64,000 bases of DNA from Camelus ferus (lineage: Eukaryota): assembly GCF_009834535.1 (NCBI RefSeq), contig NC_045696.1, forward strand, positions 84,384,001 to 84,448,000, written 5' to 3'. Position 1 is the stretch's first letter. Each line of letters begins with the position of its first letter. The position numbers and the translations under genes are program-made. Shown here piece by piece: positions 50,173 through 62,610 of this stretch. Under the pieces are notes generated by a model. The model was given only the letters and a program-made list of their open reading frames with translations, was not told where the DNA came from and did not search any database.

Positions 50173-51519
50173 GTTAAATATCAAGAAAATCAAGGTTCCT
50201 CCAAACTATATTGTGATGGGAAGTTAAGTTTTGATTCCTCCCTTCACCAAAGTTCCCAAATATACTCAGATGGGTGCTTAGAGCCTCTGGTTCCTTTTGG
50301 TACAAAAGACTTCAGCTTCACCCCTTAATCATCTTTCTTTTTACATTAACTGAACTTGGGATAGAGGGAGAGAATGGCTCTCACCAGAAAGCGAGACATA
50401 TTTTCATTTGATTTCCAGCAGTGCTGCCGCTGCTCACAGCTCAACCAAACAAACTGCCAATATTTTCAGTTTACTCACAGCTTTTTATGGGGCAGCAATG
50501 TCATTGTTACTCTGGGGACCCTTTGACTCAGCAGCCAAAGCCACACTGCTTTCCAGCTGGGGCTCTGGATCTTTGTCACCTTTGGCTGTCCTGGGTTTGA
50601 TTGGCATAGCATTTTTCGTTTGTTTGTTTGTTTTTAAAGAAGTCCATCTTAAAATCTGAGGCATTTTCTGTCCTAGAATTTAAGAACATCTCTTAAATTA
50701 CTGCCTAGTTTTTACATAAGGGCAAGCTAAGATTTCCTGGGTGGTGAGACTGATAACAAAATGGTATCTGGATTTCTTAGAGTCAGTTTCTCGTTCTCAA
50801 GTGGCTCATCTTCATCTGCAGTTAAACTCAATCCGGAGCAGTAAGAGCTTGCATAGTATTCAATGCCTCATCTATGTTTAATATGGGGATTTTTCTTAGG
50901 GAACTCTGAAGGTTATTTAAACTAGCCAATATCTACTGCAAACGTCTTGGAGAACTTTGGCTGTCTTCTTCAAGTGGCTTGAAAGTTACCATGATACACT
51001 TCAGGAGGGACTGAATCCTAAAGTCACTCGTTACTGGAACCTGGAGCTAAGAGTGCGGAGTAAGCAGGGCTGCCTGACAGGACCTGATTCCTCAGGGGAT
51101 GAGACCTGAGCCACCCCAACCTGCCCCCCAAGTCCTGCTGAGGGTATCAGGGGCCTCACTCCTCTTCTTCCCTCAGGTCCCCTTGGCACTCATTTTCAAG
51201 CTTTTTTCTTTTCTTTCCTTTTCTTTCTTTTCAAGAACAACTGGTGGTGCTTTGATTATATTGAACCTTCCCATCATTTCAGGGATGGATACATATCTTG
51301 GGTATGAAATTATCTTTTCTGTCTACAGGGTTTCTTCCAGTTTAAGCCATTTATAAACGTTCAGAGTAACTTATCCTTTACCTTGGATCTCAAACAATAA
51401 AATCTCATGTAGATAGACTAGCTGATGGCACTTTGTGGGATCCCTCTGTAGGGGACACACATTCACACATTTTCATTGGTGGAAAGATAAACGTGAATGC
51501 AAAAGAGGATTTTTGTGAT

Positions 51520-51942
51520 GAGTTGTAGAATAACTTCCATTCATCCCTGCCAGGCTCCATTTCCCGTTTCTTCATCCCACTCTCCACTCCGCAAGGCAGA
51601 GCTACATGGTTACAGGGAGGGAAGAGAGTGCTGTCGGGGTGCTGACACCCTGGTTTCTGTTGGGTTGCTGTGGCTCCCAGGCTCCCATGCTCTGGCCACC
51701 ATGCGCAGCAGAAGGTCAAAGCTGCTGGGGACCAAACCTCTTCACACAGGTGTCCCTGCACCTGGGATTTGGAAACTCTCCCCTCATATCCAAGAGAAAT
51801 ACTTGTACCTGATTTTCACTCCACTCTCCTTTGTGTTTTCTTATACCTTGCTGCATTTTGGTAAATAGTTCCTTTATCAAATTATTTCAAATTACCCAAT
51901 TTTAGAGTGTCATCTGTTCCCCGTTAGGACCCTGAAGATATA
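51520..51942 (+). mobile_element. Old ERVL LTR (LTR40-like)
   Basis: 3' end gtaaatagttcctttatcaaatt...ttacccaattttagagtgtcatctgttccccgttaggaccctga. Confidence 0.6.
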
Positions 51943-52349
51943 TCCACTGTGCTATGTTGCCTCCTTGGCTCCTTTAGTTCCCTCAGCAGCCTGATGAAAC
52001 AGGCTATTATAACACTTTAAGGGTAAGGATACTGAGGTTATAAGAGGTTGGTACATTTCTTTCCAGCTTTTTATGAATTGTTCTTTAAACACGTTGAAAT
52101 CACATAGTTTGCACAAATTGCATCCTGCTTTTTTTTCTCTTGTCATTTTCTCTTTGCTTGTGTCATGAAGTTTTCTTCATAAATATAATTTTAAGGACTA
52201 CATGACAATCTATTTTGTGGGTGTGACATGATTTACTAAACTCATTCTCTTACACTGAACACTTGGATCATTTTATGTTTTTCACTACTCTGAATAAAAC
52301 TGTGGTAAAGATTTTTGAGGGTAGCACTATCTAATCTGATTTGCTCATT

Positions 52350-52686
52350 CAGATACACACATACAGATATATATACAATATATATAAATATACACATACA
52401 TATATAATATGTAAAAATATATACATATATAAGCTATATATATACATATAATTCAATATGAAATACTCTGTATCTCTTTCTATGTATGTATATATATGTA
52501 TTATGTAGTCAGCTCCAAGAGTAATTTATTCTAGGAGTGAACTCAGTGCCTAGACCCAGAATAACAAATAACATATGTATACATAATACATTATACATAA
52601 ACGTATTTATATCTAAATGTTTTTAATGTAGAGTGTATATGTGTGTGTGTGTATGTATGTGTGTGTGTGTATATATATATATATGT
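52350..52686. repeat. (TA)/(TG)-rich simple repeat tracts
   Basis: Directly visible. Confidence 0.85.
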
Positions 52687-53109
52687 TTTGTTGTACGAGA
52701 GAGTTTCTCATTCTAGTTTTTTTGGTCCAATTTTTTTCTCTGTAAATCTTGCTAAAGATACAGGGAAAATAGTACTGTTTCCAAGCAATGAGTTCAGTTC
52801 CAGAATAAACTATTCTTAGAGCTGACTTTATTTATTTATCTTGAGCAGGCTAGAAACAGTGGGAATGATAATGTCTTATACTAGAGCAGGATTGTACAGC
52901 TTATAAAGCAAATCTTATACATCCAGCCAAATTTCCCTGTATACTAGACTGGATGTGTAGAGAAGAAACAAAAACCACAAAGCATAGATTTGCCACAATG
53001 TCAATCTGGTCACTGACATATTGCCACTGAGTCTGGAAATTCTGACAACTCCAGAGTGATTCTGATGAACACCAGCATCCCATGAATTTTATTTTTCATG
53101 ATTGAGAAG

Positions 53110-53310
53110 GAGTCAAAGAGTCTAAGCTTGGGATCTGTACACACAGCCCCTGCCCTGCTGTTTACCAGCTGTATGAAAGGTTTGATTTCTCCCAACTCTT
53201 GATTTTTCATCTGCAAATCGGGCTAAAAATACTTTCTTGACATGGTTGTTAAAATGAAATATGAATTCATATTTGAAAATTATTTGATGCAATGTTAGAA
53301 GTAATGGGCT
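53110..53310 (+). mobile_element. MIR SINE
   Basis: tttaccagctgtatga...tttttcatctgcaaatcgggctaaaaatac. Confidence 0.65.
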
Positions 53311-53907
53311 GAAGAAATACTGGATATAGCAAGGGTCTCTGTCCTTGGATTATTTTACTAGGCTATTTAGTCCTTTTCATTAGTCATTATATAATCTAGC
53401 AGAAAGGGAAGCTATGTTCTGGCTGCGCTGCATACTCAGCACTGAAGCAACTGTCATACAGAATATTCTCTGTGCTTATTCTTTGTGATCCTAGATGCTA
53501 CTGCTTAGCTTTGACTCTGCCCTTGGCGGGAGTAGGCTGTTGTCTCTTGCTCAGTCTTGCAATTCCACAGTTACAGTTACTTCTTTGTACTAAAATTATT
53601 CTTACTTGTAAGAAAAACATGGCATGGGATCTTATAACACAGGATACTTGCCCTGGAAAGGATCTGAAGAAACATCCAGTCCTGGTGTCATGAATTCAAA
53701 TTTCTAGGGAGGCAGGAGGGAAGAATGATGCATATAGAGTCCTGTGAGCCTCTTACCTTCACTTTTCTCATGTGTGATAAAGACAAGTATAGACTTTTTT
53801 TTTCTATGCAGAAAACAACAATAGGAGAGTGTTAATGAAAACAGAACTTTAGTTTCTGTAACTAGGAAAAATTAGTGAGTGGTGGAAATTTGGGCACATC
53901 AGAGATA

Positions 53908-54260
53908 CATGGTTTATACTAGGTCCCTGGAAACAGACCCTGAGGAAGAGAATGATGTGTAGGCTTACGGGGGTGTGCTCTTAAGAGATGCATTTGTAAG
54001 AAAGTGAGGGAGGCAGGGTTGGCAACGATCTCGTCTGCTTTTATGGAGAGCTTTAGAGCTGGGCTGGCTCTTCAGAGCTGACCTCAACTGATAGGAAGTC
54101 AGATAGTTCCTTGCACCCAGGAAGAGCAGTTCTCAGTGTGGGACACAGCTATGAGCGGTCAGCAGCTGACATTCCCAATAGAGACTGAATGCAGGGTGAA
54201 GAGGTATGGTGGTTATGTCAGCTCTGAAGAGGCATCTGAGTAGTGTATCATATATTTCTT
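53908..54260 (-). mobile_element. Old ERVL LTR (LTR16-like)
   Basis: aggtccctggaaacagaccctgagg...ggctcttcagagctg...cagcagctgacattccca. Confidence 0.6.
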
Positions 54261-55419
54261 CTATGCTGTGACCTAATTTCAGCTGATTGTTGTCACATGG
54301 AGAAAGGAAGCCAAAAGTACCATATCTGCCAATGTTTAAAAAAAATTCATATTATTGAGTTAAATTGATCTATTTTAAGTCTTTGTCAAATATAAAAACA
54401 CTGCAAGTTAAAACACCCTGGTGATCTCATGGCTTCCAGTTTGCTAATTCATATTTCGTTCAATTGCCCCATTTTACAGGTGAGAACACAGAGTCTTTGA
54501 GAAGGAAATAAAGGCTCACAGTCATAGAATTAAGCCAATGGCTTTGATTTCCTAGTCACCAATGCAGAGATTCTTGCTCCTTCCTCTAAATCAAACCAAT
54601 GGATATCAATGAAAATGTGCTTTTTCTTAAACTAACAGGACTCATCAGGTCTTCATAGGAGCATTACAGATAATACCTTGCTCATTAAAATTTATTTGCA
54701 GACAGCCCCAAGGGAAACACTTGGTACTAACCACTTCCTCAGGGAAGACACTGCAAAAAACCTAACAGCACATTGCTGACCTCCTAATTAGCAGATGAGG
54801 ACAGGTCTGTGAGTCTCTGGGGATCCACAAAAGTTTACAATTTAGTTGGCAAAGTCATTGTAAAGTACGTTCTATAGGGAGAGTTCACATAGAATAGCTT
54901 TAAAAAAAAAAACCGCTTTTCTACTTAATGTTAACTAGCTGCCATCGGAATTAGAAAACCTTTTTTTAAAACTGAGCTTTTAATTCCTTAAATAGACACT
55001 TGTTCAACATGCTCATTTTCAGGACAATGAAAGATAAGTCAAAGTTTCAGGGAGTTTATAGAAGACCTTTGCAGACCAAGGCCAAGAGACTTGGTCAATC
55101 TTCCTTACCCTGGGAATCCCCACTTCCACCCTCTGTACACGGCAAAGCTCCAGGGAAAAGAAACAGTCATGAGATGATGAATACAAATGGGAAAGAACAG
55201 TTATAATGAGCAATACTATGGGCAGCATTTTATTCCGTGTGTTCACTTATTTTGCGTCTTTGCCTCCGCATCTGTCTCTTCCTCTCACCTACTAATATGC
55301 TCATGTGTCTTCACTTCTAATAAAAAAAAACAACTCTTGAAATCCATTTCCCATTTACACTCTTGATTTTTTCCTCCATCTTGATGTTTCTAAACTTCTT
55401 GAAATAATGGTATAACTCA

Positions 55420-55578
55420 CTATTTCTCAAAATTTAAAGTGATTGGGATCATCAGGGAATCTTGCTAAAATGCATTATTTCCTGATTAAATATGTCTGGT
55501 GGGGCCTGAACTGTCACATTTCTAGCAGGCTCCCAGATGATGATGCTACAGCTGGCTCATAGTACACTCTGAGCAGGA
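55420..55578. mobile_element. MER5A-like DNA transposon
   Basis: gaatcttgctaaaatgca...tctggtggggcctga...catttctagcaggctcccagatgatg...cacactctgag. Confidence 0.75.
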
Positions 55579-55611
55579 AATCAAATTCTGTCTTGCAAAA
55601 CTCTTACTACT

Positions 55612-55983
55612 TGCAACTGGACTGAATGTTTTTTGCACCGCCTCACCTCCTTAATTTGTTGAAGCCCCAATCCCCAAGGTGATAGTACTTGGAGACAGAA
55701 CCTTTGGGAGATAAGTGGGGTTAAATTAGGTCACTGAGGGCCCTCGTAATGGGATTCGTGCCCTCATAAAAAGAGGAAGAGATGCTGAGATCTCCCTCTC
55801 CCACACCTGATCATACAGTAAGAAGGTGGCCATCTGCAAAGTAGGAGGGAGCTCTTACTAGGCACTGAATCTGCTGGCACCTTGATCTTGGACTTCCCAG
55901 CCTCCAGAACTGTGAGAAATAAATGTCTGTTGGTTAAGCCACCCAGTCTGTGGTGTTTTGTTGTAGCAGCCAGAACTAAGACC
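55612..55983 (+). mobile_element. MaLR LTR (MLT1A-like)
   Basis: tctgctggcaccttgatcttggacttcccagcctccagaactgtgagaaataaatgtctgttggttaagccacccagtct. Confidence 0.9.
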
Positions 55984-56589
55984 ACTTTACTAAATTACTA
56001 TCTCATCTTTCTCACTTTCTGTTTGTTCCCCAGTTCCTCGCATCAAGCCTCCATGCCGTTAGTCTGCTGAACATACCGATGATCTTTGAGAGACCAACTT
56101 CTCGTAACCCTCTTCATAAGTACGTGCTCACTCAGCTCGGAGAGTCATTAGCATCCTCTCTTCCTTAAAGATCTTTTTTCCTGTGCCTTCTGTGCCTCAG
56201 CATCATTCCAGTTCCTTCCTTCTTTTTTGGAATCCTTCAAAGTCTCTCTCTCCTTCCTTCTCCTGACCCAGTGAAAGCAACTCCAAAGCTTTGTCACTCA
56301 CCTTCTCTTCTTTGCTCGCCGAACTCCTTTGTTTTCTCAAGTATCCCTAATTATTCTCTATTCTGAATATTCCAAATTCTATATCTCTAATAATGACTTG
56401 TTCTTTAAATATTACTCCCTATGTATTCATTGTGCCTGGGAACTCTCTGCTGGGAATACTGATGATTCCTCTAACAGAATGAAGCCTCAAATAGTCTCAT
56501 CTTCAGATATTCAGTGAACACAACCCTCATACGCCAATGTCTAGACCTTTTGTCATAATTGGTCTGGGCTTGGGATAAATGGTACCTAT

Positions 56590-57292
56590 ATTTAAAATAA
56601 TCTTTTAATTTTGGAACAACTTTAGGCTCATAGAATTACTGCAAAGTTAGTACAAAGAATTTTTTAATGCACCACACCCAATTTTCTCTGTTATTAACTC
56701 TTATGTTAATATAGTACATTTGTGACAATTAATGGACGAATATTAATACATTATTATTAACTACTATATTCAGATTTCCTCAGTTTTTCCCTAATATTCT
56801 CTTTCTATCTGAGGATTCTGTCCAGGATGCCACATTACGTTTATTATCATGTCTCCTTGAGCTCATCTTAGCTGTCACAGTTTCTCAACTGTCCTTTGTT
56901 TTTGATTATCTTGCTAGTTTTAAGGATTATCAGCCAGGAATTTTGTACAATATCCTTCAACTGGGAATCTTCTAATATTTTTCTCACAGTTACACTACAG
57001 TACATGTTTTTGGGAGGGAGACCTCAAAGGTGAGGTGCCACCTCATCACATCGTATCAAGGTTGCATTCTGTCCGTACGACTACTGATAATAACCTTAAT
57101 CACTAGGCTAGACACATCTTTCGCCAGTTTCTCTGCTGTAAAGTTGCTTTTTCTCCCCCCTCCCTTTCCATACTGTACTTTTTGGAAGAAAGTCACCATG
57201 CAAACCCACACTTAGAATAAGGAGTTACATTCTTTCTCTAAGGACAGAGTATTTACATACATTGTTTATAATATTTTTTGCCATGGGAGACT
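56590..57292 (-). mobile_element. L1MC-type 3' end
   Basis: tattaatacattattattaact...cagatttcctcagtttttccctaat...ccctttccatactgtactttttggaagaaagtcac. Confidence 0.8.
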
Positions 57293-57648
57293 TAAAGTGC
57301 TTTTGCTGGGAATTGGGAGTAAGTTTCATCTACATTTGACTTTCATTAGAGGCATTTCAACATTGAAAAATTATTATTTATCTCATATTATTAAAGTTTT
57401 GCTAAGACAGCAGAAGTGAAAATTAAGGACTTTGATATCCTGCTTTGGCTGTGACATGGATTACCTAAAAGCAATAAGATTTTTTCACAACTGTGGAAAG
57501 AAATTGAGATAAGGATAATTACTGTTGGTACTGACTTTAAATGCATATGAAATTGCTTAATTTTAAGCAGTAATACTTCGGGTGTTCAGATAAAAGAAAG
57601 GACCAATTAAGTAATAATCTGCATAATTTTCTTTAAATTTCTATCTAG

Positions 57649-57842
57649 GATTTGAGCCTCTCTCCACCTGGCTGCCATGTTGAACATGTAGTTTCTGGTG
57701 GAATAAATACATATGGATGATAGCCTACTGTGACAATCACACTTCCTGCTTTAAAAAGGACTGTCTAACAAAACATGTGACTCTCCTGCTTGGCTCAAAT
57801 TGACTTTTTTATGGACGACACCATTTAGATTATACCAAAGTG
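57649..57842 (+). other. HS3ST5: Internal non-coding (5'UTR-type) exon, 194 nt, of a large + strand gene; tentatively HS3ST5 exon 2
   Basis: Acceptor ttttctttaaatttctatctag|GATTTG and donor AAAGTG|gtatgc. Unique non-repeat sequence with stops in all frames. Its first 30 nt are duplicated at 41901, beginning at the acceptor. The gene name rests only on my recollection that HS3ST5 has a 194-nt second UTR exon between very long introns; needs BLAST. Confidence 0.5.
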
Positions 57843-58429
57843 GTATGCAGATCATTTCAGGGAAGACTCAGAGAAACTATTTTATATTTAAAATATAGGC
57901 ACAGCATTTATAAAAAATAGTTTGTGTGGTAGGTGTGGGTCAGTGCAGAGGGTGTAGGTACAGAAAACTTGGACTCAGCTGGGTTAGTTTCTCTGCAAGA
58001 TGGCACATCGCAAGCCCCCCACCGATCTTGTCTTTGAAACGTTCTAATTTTAAGGGAGAATGGCGATTTCATCACCACAACAAAACAGAATTATAACATC
58101 TGTTTCACAATGTAGCTCATATCTTTTTTGACAGTTTTAACACATTTTTGAATATAACATCTTTTTCCCATTCTGATGCCACACTTGTGGCTAAGATCAC
58201 TAGATATAGAACTTCACATACTTTAATGTTTTCTTTCCTTCCTTCCTTCCTTTTCACTTTTCTTCTCTCTTAATTAAAGGAATAGGATGAAGTCCAAGAA
58301 AACAAGAATCTTACTCTTATGATGACCTGGATGTGGTTAAAGTTCATTTCAATTTAGGTTATTACTACTTGCTCTCTTCAACATATAATTGCTTTTTATA
58401 AAATATTCCAATGGCTCCTCGTGTTCTTT

Positions 58430-59480
58430 TCCATAATTATTTGCAATGAGGTATAAAACATGTATAAAAGAGTTTACAGAACAAAAATGCTGTTACAAGG
58501 CAAACACCCTCGTAACCAACATCTGTTCAAAAACTGAAAACGTGTCTGCATGTCAGAGGTCTCCCTCGTGCAACCTCACCGCTCTCCTCCCAACTGCCAC
58601 CCATAAAGGTAATTGCTATTTTGACTTTCACAGTTATTATTTCATTCATTGCATTCCTAAATACTATGATTTAGTTTTGCTCGTTTGAAAATTCAACAAA
58701 TGGAATAATATAGAATGGGTTCTCTTGTGACTATTTTCTCAGTCCACACTGTGGGCTTTATCCATGTCGTTGCACGTTTCTGGGGTTCATTTATTTTCAA
58801 TACTGCACAGGAGTGCATTCTCTCACTCTCAGAATTTGTTTCTCCACTATACCCCAGATGTACATTAGGGTTGGTTTCTAGTCTGAGTCTAGTATAAATA
58901 ATACTGCTATGCAGATCCTTTTATATGTGTCTTTGTACATATGCATTAGGTTGGGTATTTAACAATAGTAGATTTGAGGTCATTGGGTTGCATTTATACG
59001 CCTGGAGTGGATAATCCCCAACTTCTCCAAAGCTGTTACAGCAGTTTGCCTTCCCATTAGCATGTGTGAAAGTTCTTATTGTTGCACTTTCTTGTCAATG
59101 TTTTTCTTTCGACCTTTAAATGTTGGCCAAATTAGGTGTCATATGGCAATTCATTGTGCTTTTACTTTTCCCATAGGCAAACTGAATAATTTTCTTTGTG
59201 ATATGGCTATTCTAGTCTCTTGCCCAGGGCATTTCTACCCTTGGCAGGCCTTCTGCATTTTTTTCAGTTGGTTTAATCCTAAGATCTAGTCATAAGAAGC
59301 TGCCTAGATTTTTACCTGTCAGCTTCAATGCCCCCAGGGAAAAATGGAGCTCTAACTCTCTGGCTCAGTTCCTTGGTACTCAGTACTCTCATGCCTTTAA
59401 TCTAACTTAAAAAAATTTTTTTTTCTTATTTTCTTTATTGGACATCTTTTCTAATCGCCCTTGGAATATTGGTCTCAATT
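58430..59480 (-). mobile_element. Degenerate L1ME fragments
   Basis: ataaataatactgctatgcagatcctttta, cttcccattagcatgtgtgaaagttc. Confidence 0.6.
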
Positions 59481-60709
59481 ATATAGTTGGCTACAAGAAG
59501 TAACCAAAACTCCACATTCCTTATTTTCTACAAGATAATTCAACAAATACTTTTGAGGACATTTAGGATAATATCAAGCACCAGAGAGTAATATGCATAT
59601 ACTTCTTAATAGTGCCAACAAAGAGTTATTGAGTAATGCAGGTAAAATGCAAGAATGGTGCTTGCAAGGTATGAAGCCTTGTTTTTTCAAATAAAATTGA
59701 GTGATAAAGGATCAAGTACACTTTGATTTTAAAATATGACCTGTGATGGTAATGAAATGTAGTAGTGGCCAGTGTTTTAGAGCAGGTGAATAGAGTCCCT
59801 TAGGCACGGTTGCATCAAGGATAATAAAAAAGTACGTACAGGGCAATATGATTTCAAATTAAGGACATAAACATTAGTGCTACAGTATCATGCAATTATG
59901 AGAGCTCTTCGAGGTGGTAAATAAAATTTTCATAGTTGGCACTGAAAGAAAGCAAGGCCTCTAGTGTAACTGGCACTGAAAGAAGAAACCTCTAGACCAG
60001 AAGAGAGTAGAGCACACTAAAGAAAATGACAAAAAAAAGCAAGGAAGAAAAGAAGGAAGGAAGGAGGGAAAGAAAGAATGTCTACCTTGGCACAAATAAA
60101 AATTTTCCTTAGCCACATGGAAGCTACACATTTCTATCAGTTTCTTATAATTAATATTAGAGCTGCACTGTATTGCAAAAAATATTGTTTATAATTATGC
60201 AGTTAGCTAAACAGAGTTATAGAGAACTTTCATTTCATAATACCAATCTCAACTAAAATTGTATTGCTTATAAAGATGAACAATCAGGTTAAAAACAGAT
60301 TACAGTAGCATTATATATGGTTAACTAGACCAGGTAGAGTTTCCTAACGAATCTGTTATGTACTCTGGAATATTCTGATGGTGAAATTGGTAAAAATACC
60401 TTTCCAAGATGCTGTCTTAGACAAGTCTTATTTCTGTCCTGAAGTGCCACAGGGAATTTAGATTCAATCCACTGGGAAATAGGAAACCAATGAAAGACTT
60501 TAAGTGAGTGACATAGACATATTTTTCTTTAGAAATAAAATGATTTTATAGTAGTTGAAAAAATTGAAGCCTGGAGACAATATTAGGAGTGAGAAATAAG
60601 GAAAACACCAGAAATGCAGAGGAGTGGATAATTTTGTAAGATACAAAATCTTAGTTCTTCAGCCTGGTAATAAAGACCCTTCCACTCACTCTATGCTAGC
60701 CTTTTCCCA

Positions 60710-62610
60710 TTCACTATTTTTCATTCACTCATTCACTCATTTATTCAACAGACAACATTTTTTAAATGCCAGATTCTGTACTAGATACTGAGGATATGAC
60801 AGGAAAAAAAACCAAAACAAAAACAGGCAATTTTCCTTCCATCATAATGTTTACATTCCAACTGGGAAGAAAGGGCCAATGAATTTAATAAGTAATAAAG
60901 ATATTATACCAACATGATAGAACTTAGGAAGAAAATAAATAGCAGGGAAGGGGATCAGGGAGTGTAAGGAGAGTAGAATTTCAGACAGTTGGTAAGGAAG
61001 GTCTCCCCGACAAGAGTAGAGATCTTCCCAGGAGACTTTTGTGCAGATATCTAACTCAGGTGTGGGGGGAGATATGTGGGTATCTGGGAAATTGTGTTAT
61101 AAGGAAAAAAAAAAAAAAAAAAAAAAAAGCAAGTCCAAAGACCCTGAGGTGGTAATGGGCTTAGCCTGGTTGAGGAACAGCAGTGAGTTCACTGTGGCTG
61201 AAATGAAGTGGGCAGGGGACTCTTAGTAGATTAAGTCATATAAATGACAGAGAAACCAGAAAATTCAAAGCCTTATAGTCCTTTGTAAGAATTTTGGCTT
61301 TTATTCCGAGGTAAATAGAAAAAATGGATTTCTAAAAGCAGAGGAATAGTATGATCTGGCTTAAATTTTGGAAGACTCATTCTGGATATTAGTTAATAGA
61401 GCAGTGAAGTCAGGGGGGCAGGGATACCACTTAAGAAATATTTGAGTAATTCAGGAAAAAAATGTTGTCTCAGATTGGAATGGTAGTAATGGAGAAACAC
61501 AGTTTTGTAGTATAAATAATACGAGTTGAACGTGGAGTTCAATACCTTGAATGTGGACTTTGAAAGAAAAAGAAGAATCAAAAATAACTGCACTGTTTTC
61601 AGGCCTGAGTAAGCAGAAGGATGTGATTGGCATTTATTGACACAGGAGACCCTGGAGGAGGAGAAGGTCTCCATAAAAAGAAAAAAAAAAAAATCAGGAA
61701 TCTTGTTCTGGATCTACTGACACTGAGATACTATTAGCCTCTCATGTAAAAGTGTCAAGTCTATTGGATATTTGATTCTAGAGTTTGGAGTAGTATTAAA
61801 ACCTGTGAGACTGGATGAAGTCACCAGGGAGGTAAACGTAGAGAGACAAGATAATACGTACGTGGACAAATCACTGGGCAAGTAGATGAGGATCAATCAG
61901 AAAAGATACTGAGATGGATTAGACAATGAGAGAGGAGAAAACGGGATGATGGAAACTGAGACCATGAAAGCATTCACTTTGTTCTTAATGACAAAGTATA
62001 GGGTATGGTAATGGGAGTGAGAAGCTAAGAACAAAGGAAAGATCCAGTTTATCAGAGAAGAAGAAATCAGTGAGCTGAGAACCCAGCATCCTGGAAGTAT
62101 AATGTATATAAATACTAGAATCACTAATAATTATAAGAATGATGTCAAATAAAGCAGCTGTGATATTGGAGCTAAACATCCTCACAGATGGAACCAAAGG
62201 TGTCTGTAGGTGATTGCACCCAGAAGAGGTTGTAGTAATATGATGAAAAGACACTAGAATGAAAGCTTTTTTTTTTTTTTTAATCCTAGAAGTTTGGAAG
62301 CAGCAATGAGGAGTAAAGATGATTTTTGTCCCATCTCTAAGCTTGATGGTGTGAGTGAGGAGGGGAGAAAATCGGGAAACATCTGGGAGGGTTTCTAGGC
62401 AACAGTATATTCTGGGAGACCCAGTTAGGTTAGAGCAAGAATGTGAAGGGAACATCCAGAGAAGCTGATAAGGATGTGGGAGGTTTGTCTGTGACTTCCA
62501 GGGAGGGCCGTAGAAAGTTCAGGAAGTGGGGAGTAGGGGCAATGGGGTTGGAAAAGAGGGTAGTCAGAACTTTGTTGGGGTAAGAGCCTGAGTAGTGAAA
62601 ACTTCATTGG
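60710..62610 (-). mobile_element. Long L2 (L2a-like) remnant
   Basis: tcattcactcattcactcatttattcaaca terminus; caaagaccctgaggtgg, ttgaggaacagcagtgag, gagactggatgaagtcacc. Confidence 0.85.

Noticed and set aside
61985..62455. 156-aa ORF
   Set aside because: Lies in a degenerate L2, runs through a homopolymer, and has no recognisable intact domain.
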